Source: Sphingomonas sp.
GTDB taxonomy: Bacteria > Pseudomonadota > Alphaproteobacteria > Sphingomonadales > Sphingomonadaceae
Length of the DNA stretch: 64,000 bases
Assembly: GCF_025362505.1 (NCBI RefSeq)
Contig: NZ_JANYGG010000065.1
Location: 12,536-76,535 of the forward strand
Direction: 5' to 3'
Numbering within the stretch: position 1 is the stretch's first letter; every line of letters starts with the position of its first letter. The notes beneath the pieces are model-generated. The model was not told where the DNA came from and ran no database searches. It saw only the letters and a list, made by a program, of their open reading frames with translations. The position numbers were made by a program, and so were the translations under genes. Positions 59,834-64,000 of the stretch are shown here, piece after piece.

Positions 59834-61402
59834 TCACTCCCACTCGATCGTGCCGGGGGGCTTGCTGGTGTAGTCGTAAACGACGCGGTTGATGCCGGGG
59901 ACTTCGTTGACGATGCGCGTCGCGACCCTAGTCAGGAAGGACGCGTCGAACGGGTAGACGTCGGCGGTCATGCCGTCGACGCTGGTCACGGCGCGAAGTC
60001 CGCAGACGCTGTCATAGGTGCGTGCGTCGCCCATTACGCCGACCGTGCGTACGGGCAACAGTACGGCGAACGCCTGCCAGATCGCGTCGTACAGCCCGGC
60101 GTTGCGGATTTCCTCGAGGTAGATAAGGTCGGCCTTGCGCAGAATGTCGCACTTTTCCTTGGTCACCTCGCCGGGGATGCGGATGGCGAGGCCGGGGCCG
60201 GGGAAGGGGTGGCGGGCGACGAAAGCCTCGGGCAGGCCCAATTCGCGGCCGAGCACGCGGACCTCGTCCTTGAAAAGCTCGCGCAGTGGCTCGACGAGTT
60301 TCATCTTCATATGCTCGGGCAGGCCGCCGACATTGTGATGGCTCTTGATCGTCACCGACGGCCCGCCGGTGAAGCTGACGCTTTCGATCACGTCGGGGTA
60401 GAGCGTGCCCTGCGCGAGGAAGTCGGCGCCGCCGACCGTTGCAGCTTCGGCGTCGAATACCTCGATGAAGGTCTTGCCGATGAACTTGCGCTTGGCCTCA
60501 GGGTCGGTGATGCCGGCGAGGCCCGAGAGGAATTGTTGCTCGGCGTCGACGTGGACCAGCGGGATGTTGAACGAGTTGCGGAACAGCGAGACGACCTGCT
60601 CGGCCTCGCCCGAGCGCATCAGGCCGTGGTCGACGAACACGCAGGTCAGCTGATCGCCAATCGCTTCGTGGATGAGGACGGCGGCGACCGCGCTGTCGAC
60701 CCCGCCCGACAGCCCGCAAATGACCCGGCCGGTGCCGACCTGGGCGCGGATCTCGGCAATCTTGGCGTCGCGGAAGGCGCCCATCGTCCAGTCGCCCGAA
60801 CAACCGCAGATGTGGCGCGCGAAGTTGGCGAGCAGCTTGCCGCCGTCGGGTGTGTGGACGACCTCGGGATGGAACATCATCGAATAGAAGCGCCGCGCCT
60901 CGTCGGTCGCGATGGCATAGGGCGCGCCTTCCGAGCGGGCGACGATCGAGAAGCCGTCGGGGAGTTGTTCGACACGGTCGCCGTGGCTCATCCACACCTG
61001 ATGCTTCTCGCCGACATGCCACAGGCCATCGAACAGCGCGGACGGCGCGACGACGTCGATGTAGGCGCGACCGAATTCCTTGTTGTCCGAGGTGGCGACG
61101 AGACCTCCGAGCTGGTGCGCCATGGTCTGCTGGCCGTAGCAGATGGCGAGGATGGGGAGGCCGGTGCCGAAGAAATGCTGGGGTGCGCGGGGACTGTCTT
61201 CCCACGTCACCGATGATGGACCGCCGGAGAGGATAATGCCCTTGGGCTGGAGCCGGTCGAACGCCTCGGCGGCTGAGTTAAACGGGGCGATTTCGCAATA
61301 GACGCCGGCCTCGCGGACACGGCGGGCGATGAGCTGGGTGACCTGGCTGCCGAAGTCGACAATGAGAATCGTGTCGGCAAAAACTTCGGGGTGGGCGGTC
61401 AC
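59834..61402 (-). CDS. guaA: GMP synthase (glutamine-hydrolysing)
   Basis: [40 protein letters not shown]. Confidence 0.98.
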   Translation of the reverse strand: MTAHPEVFADTILIVDFGSQVTQLIARRVREAGVYCEIAPFNSAAEAFDRLQPKGIILSGGPSSVTWEDSPRAPQHFFGTGLPILAICYGQQTMAHQLGGLVATSDNKEFGRAYIDVVAPSALFDGLWHVGEKHQVWMSHGDRVEQLPDGFSIVARSEGAPYAIATDEARRFYSMMFHPEVVHTPDGGKLLANFARHICGCSGDWTMGAFRDAKIAEIRAQVGTGRVICGLSGGVDSAVAAVLIHEAIGDQLTCVFVDHGLMRSGEAEQVVSLFRNSFNIPLVHVDAEQQFLSGLAGITDPEAKRKFIGKTFIEVFDAEAATVGGADFLAQGTLYPDVIESVSFTGGPSVTIKSHHNVGGLPEHMKMKLVEPLRELFKDEVRVLGRELGLPEAFVARHPFPGPGLAIRIPGEVTKEKCDILRKADLIYLEEIRNAGLYDAIWQAFAVLLPVRTVGVMGDARTYDSVCGLRAVTSVDGMTADVYPFDASFLTRVATRIVNEVPGINRVVYDYTSKPPGTIEWE

Positions 61403-61421
61403 TCAGGCATCCTTTGGGGGC

Positions 61422-61458
61422 AAAAAATATGCGCCGGAGCCCTAGGGCCCCGGCGCAT
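61422..61458 (-). terminator. Rho-independent terminator of the Gly/Tyr-rich gene
   Basis: ATGCGCCGG...CCGGCGCAT stem followed on the minus strand by ATTTTTT. Confidence 0.75.
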
Positions 61459-61481
61459 CGCTGTCCACCGAAGTGGGGTCG

Positions 61482-62156
61482 TTACCAGCCGCGATAACCG
61501 TAGTCGCGGCGCAGTTGCTCGATGTTGAGATCGATCACCCGGCCCGAATAATCGACCTTGCAGGTGAAGCTGAGGTTCGGTGAGCCATACCCGCCGCTAT
61601 TGTAGCCGCCACCGTAGCCGCCATTATAGCCGCCGTAGCCGCCGTAGCCGCCGTAACCGCCGTAACCGCCGTTGTTGCCGCCGTAGCCGCCACCGTAACT
61701 GTTGCTCGAGATCAGGCCATGAACGCGAAGCGCGCCTCTATTGCGCGGTTCGATGCTGGTGATCCCGCTGACGCGGCCGCCGGTGCCATAACCGCTATTG
61801 CCATAGGTTCCGCCGTAAGCGCCGCCGTACCCGCCGTAGTTACCATAACCACCGCCATTGCCGTTGAGCCGCGCTTCAACCGCGCCAGCGCACTGCTGGA
61901 CCGCCACATTTGCCTGAATCGTGCGGCCGCCGTAGCCATAGCTCTGGCCGTAGCCTGAGTTGCCATACTGGTAACCGCCATATTGAGTCGCCGAGATGAC
62001 GCCGTTGATGACTTGGCCGATTGCACCTCCGACGTTGTTGCCGTAGCTATTGCCGTAACCATAGCTGGGATAATATTGCGCCGCGGCCGGGCTTGCAGCC
62101 CCGACTACTATCGCGAGGCCGGCCGCACCGGCCAGCAGTTTCTTATATGCAGACAT
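61482..62156 (-). CDS. Secreted Gly/Tyr/Asn-rich hypothetical protein
   Basis: AAGGAG Shine-Dalgarno, signal peptide, GYG repeats inserted into a small Cys-linked domain (AV.QC..AVE...F.C.VD..GRV). Confidence 0.82.
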   Translation of the reverse strand: MSAYKKLLAGAAGLAIVVGAASPAAAQYYPSYGYGNSYGNNVGGAIGQVINGVISATQYGGYQYGNSGYGQSYGYGGRTIQANVAVQQCAGAVEARLNGNGGGYGNYGGYGGAYGGTYGNSGYGTGGRVSGITSIEPRNRGALRVHGLISSNSYGGGYGGNNGGYGGYGGYGGYGGYNGGYGGGYNSGGYGSPNLSFTCKVDYSGRVIDLNIEQLRRDYGYRGW

Positions 62157-62420
62157 GGGGCGTCTCCTTGTTTCAAATTTCCCGAATTCGCTCGGGTACA
62201 TCAACGTCTGTGCTGCAATTCGGCTGCATCATTGCTGAAGCGACTGTTGTCCGTTGTTCAGGATCTGCTGGATCATCGGTTGCGATCCGCTGGCTCGTGG
62301 CAAGCGGCGGCGGCCCAGTAACGTTCGACCGTCGTCAATGAGTCACCGCGGCGCGACAGGCGCCTGTCGAAGCCTGCGCGCAAATTTGCGACTGACGCGC
62401 GAACTGCTAGGAAATCGGGA

Positions 62421-62564
62421 ATGACGGTGGGAGACCAATATTTCTCCGCGCAGGCGGTGATCGCCGAGACGATGGCCTCGACCAGCTCGGAGCGGCAGGG
62501 GCGGGCAATCGACCATGACCAAGCGGCGTCGATGGAAAAGAAGAAGCAAGAGGGCTATTTCTGA
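62421..62564 (+). pseudogene. cysD: 47-aa ORF matching only the C-terminal tail of CysD (sulfate adenylyltransferase subunit 2)
   Basis: [66 protein letters not shown] is the CysD/NodP C-terminus; TGATG overlap with cysNC. Confidence 0.85.
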
Positions 62565-64000
62565 TGAACAGCCTTTTGCCTGACGCGCTCGATCCGCTCT
62601 CTGCCCAGCCGTTCGAGGGCTCGGGTCGGAGCTCGCTGCTGCGTTTCATCACCTGCGGGTCGGTCGATGACGGCAAGTCGACCCTGATCGGGCGGCTGCT
62701 TTACGACACGCGCCAGATCCTCGACGACCAGATGAGCACGCTCGAGGCGGACTCGGCGCGCAGCGGCACGCAAGGAGCGGCGATCGACTTCGCACTGCTC
62801 GTCGACGGCCTCGCCGCCGAGCGCGAACAGGGGATCACGATCGACGTCGCCTACCGCTTCTTCGCCACCCCGACGCGCAAGTTCATCGTCGCCGACACGC
62901 CGGGCCATGAGCAATATACTCGCAACATGGTCACCGGGGCGTCGTCGGCGGACGCCGCGGTGATCCTGATCGACGCGCGCAAGGGCGTGCTGACGCAGAC
63001 GCGGCGGCACAGCTTTATCGCCCATTCGCTCGGCATTCGTCATCTCATCCTCGCGGTGAACAAGATGGACCTGGTCGGTTGCTCGGCCGAGCGGTTTCAC
63101 GAGATCGTCGGGGAATTTCGCCTTGCTGCCGGGTCGATGGGGATAACCGAATTCAGCGCCATTCCGCTGTCGGGCCTGACCGGCGAGAATGTCGTCGATC
63201 GCGGTACGGCAATGGATTGGTACAAGGGACCGACGCTGATCGAGGGGCTCGAAGCCGTCGACCTCGATACCGACATAGCGCTGCGCCGGCCGTTCCGACT
63301 GCCGGTGCAATGGGTCAATCGCCCCGACCAGAATTTCCGCGGTTTCGCGGGGCTGGTCTCGTCGGGCTCGATCGTGCCGGGCGACGCAGTGCGGGTCCTT
63401 CCGTCGGGTCGGACCTCGACCGTCGCGCGGATCGTGACGTTCGGAGGCGATCAGGCGTCGGCCATTGCGGGCCAGTCGGTGACGCTGACCCTGTCGGATG
63501 AGGTCGATTGCTCGCGCGGCGACGTCATTGTCGTTGCCGGCGATCCGACGCAGGTCGCCGACCGGTTCGAGGCGAGCTTCGTCTGGCTGAGCGAGGAGCC
63601 GCTGGTTCCGGGACGCGGCTATGCGCTCAAGTTAGCCAGCCAGACCGTCGGCGCGACCGTCCAGGCGCCGAAATACGAGATCAACGTCAACACGATGGAG
63701 CATCTCGCCGCCAAGACGTTCGAGCTGAACGCGATCGGCGTTGCCGAGATCGCCACCGACCGCCAGATCGTGTTCGCGCCCTATGCCGAGGACAAGGCGC
63801 TCGGCGGGTTCATCCTGATCGACCGGGTGACCAACGCCACGGTCGCGGCGGGGATGATCCATTTCGCGCTGCGCCGGGCGTCGAACATCCATTGGCAGGC
63901 GCTCACCGTCGACCGCGACAAGCGCGCCAAGCTCAAGAACCAGCGGCCGGCGGTCGTCTGGCTGACCGGGCTGTCAGGGGCGGGCAAGTCGACCATCGCC
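62564..64000 (+). CDS. cysN: Bifunctional sulfate adenylyltransferase large subunit / APS kinase (CysN-CysC, NodQ-like); runs off the right edge
   Basis: LRFITCGSVDDGKSTLIGRLL, EREQGITIDVAYR, ADTPGHEQY, NKMD, then WLTGLSGAGKSTIA (CysC P-loop) in the same frame. Missing from the ORF track because there is no stop in the window. Confidence 0.96.
   Translation, partial: MNSLLPDALDPLSAQPFEGSGRSSLLRFITCGSVDDGKSTLIGRLLYDTRQILDDQMSTLEADSARSGTQGAAIDFALLVDGLAAEREQGITIDVAYRFFATPTRKFIVADTPGHEQYTRNMVTGASSADAAVILIDARKGVLTQTRRHSFIAHSLGIRHLILAVNKMDLVGCSAERFHEIVGEFRLAAGSMGITEFSAIPLSGLTGENVVDRGTAMDWYKGPTLIEGLEAVDLDTDIALRRPFRLPVQWVNRPDQNFRGFAGLVSSGSIVPGDAVRVLPSGRTSTVARIVTFGGDQASAIAGQSVTLTLSDEVDCSRGDVIVVAGDPTQVADRFEASFVWLSEEPLVPGRGYALKLASQTVGATVQAPKYEINVNTMEHLAAKTFELNAIGVAEIATDRQIVFAPYAEDKALGGFILIDRVTNATVAAGMIHFALRRASNIHWQALTVDRDKRAKLKNQRPAVVWLTGLSGAGKSTIA

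Overview
High-GC alphaproteobacterial chromosome segment, most likely Sphingomonadaceae (inferred from gene order, the UrcA-family gene and the small Cys-containing secreted proteins). It is mostly housekeeping DNA: hrpB, ispB, lemA-TPM-TPM-Nudix, nadC, hslVU, yajC-secDF, bamD-recN-ligA, prmA, sdhCDA, creD, nudC-mutY, dciA-dsbA-dsbA-smc, nadD-rsfS-rlmH-envC-ctpA-dsbB-coq7, guaA and cysNC, plus tRNA-Glu(CTC) and tRNA-Pro(GGG). The most notable items are: (1) a secreted 233-aa orphan protein (33018-33719) built as a string of short Lys/Tyr-rich motifs; (2) an S8 protease / ECF sigma / anti-sigma module sharing a symmetric bidirectional GGA(T/G)GAA-N14-TCGTT promoter, next to a decayed serine recombinase at tRNA-Glu; (3) a 47-aa ORF holding only the C-terminal tail of CysD, coupled to cysNC; (4) an AsnC-like/LytTR fusion regulator paired with a UrcA gene beside tRNA-Pro; (5) a wecB-like gene that appears to start at CTG behind a hairpin that hides its Shine-Dalgarno. 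No CRISPR array, intact IS element, prophage or rRNA was seen. All family calls come from motif recognition by eye; no database searches were run.
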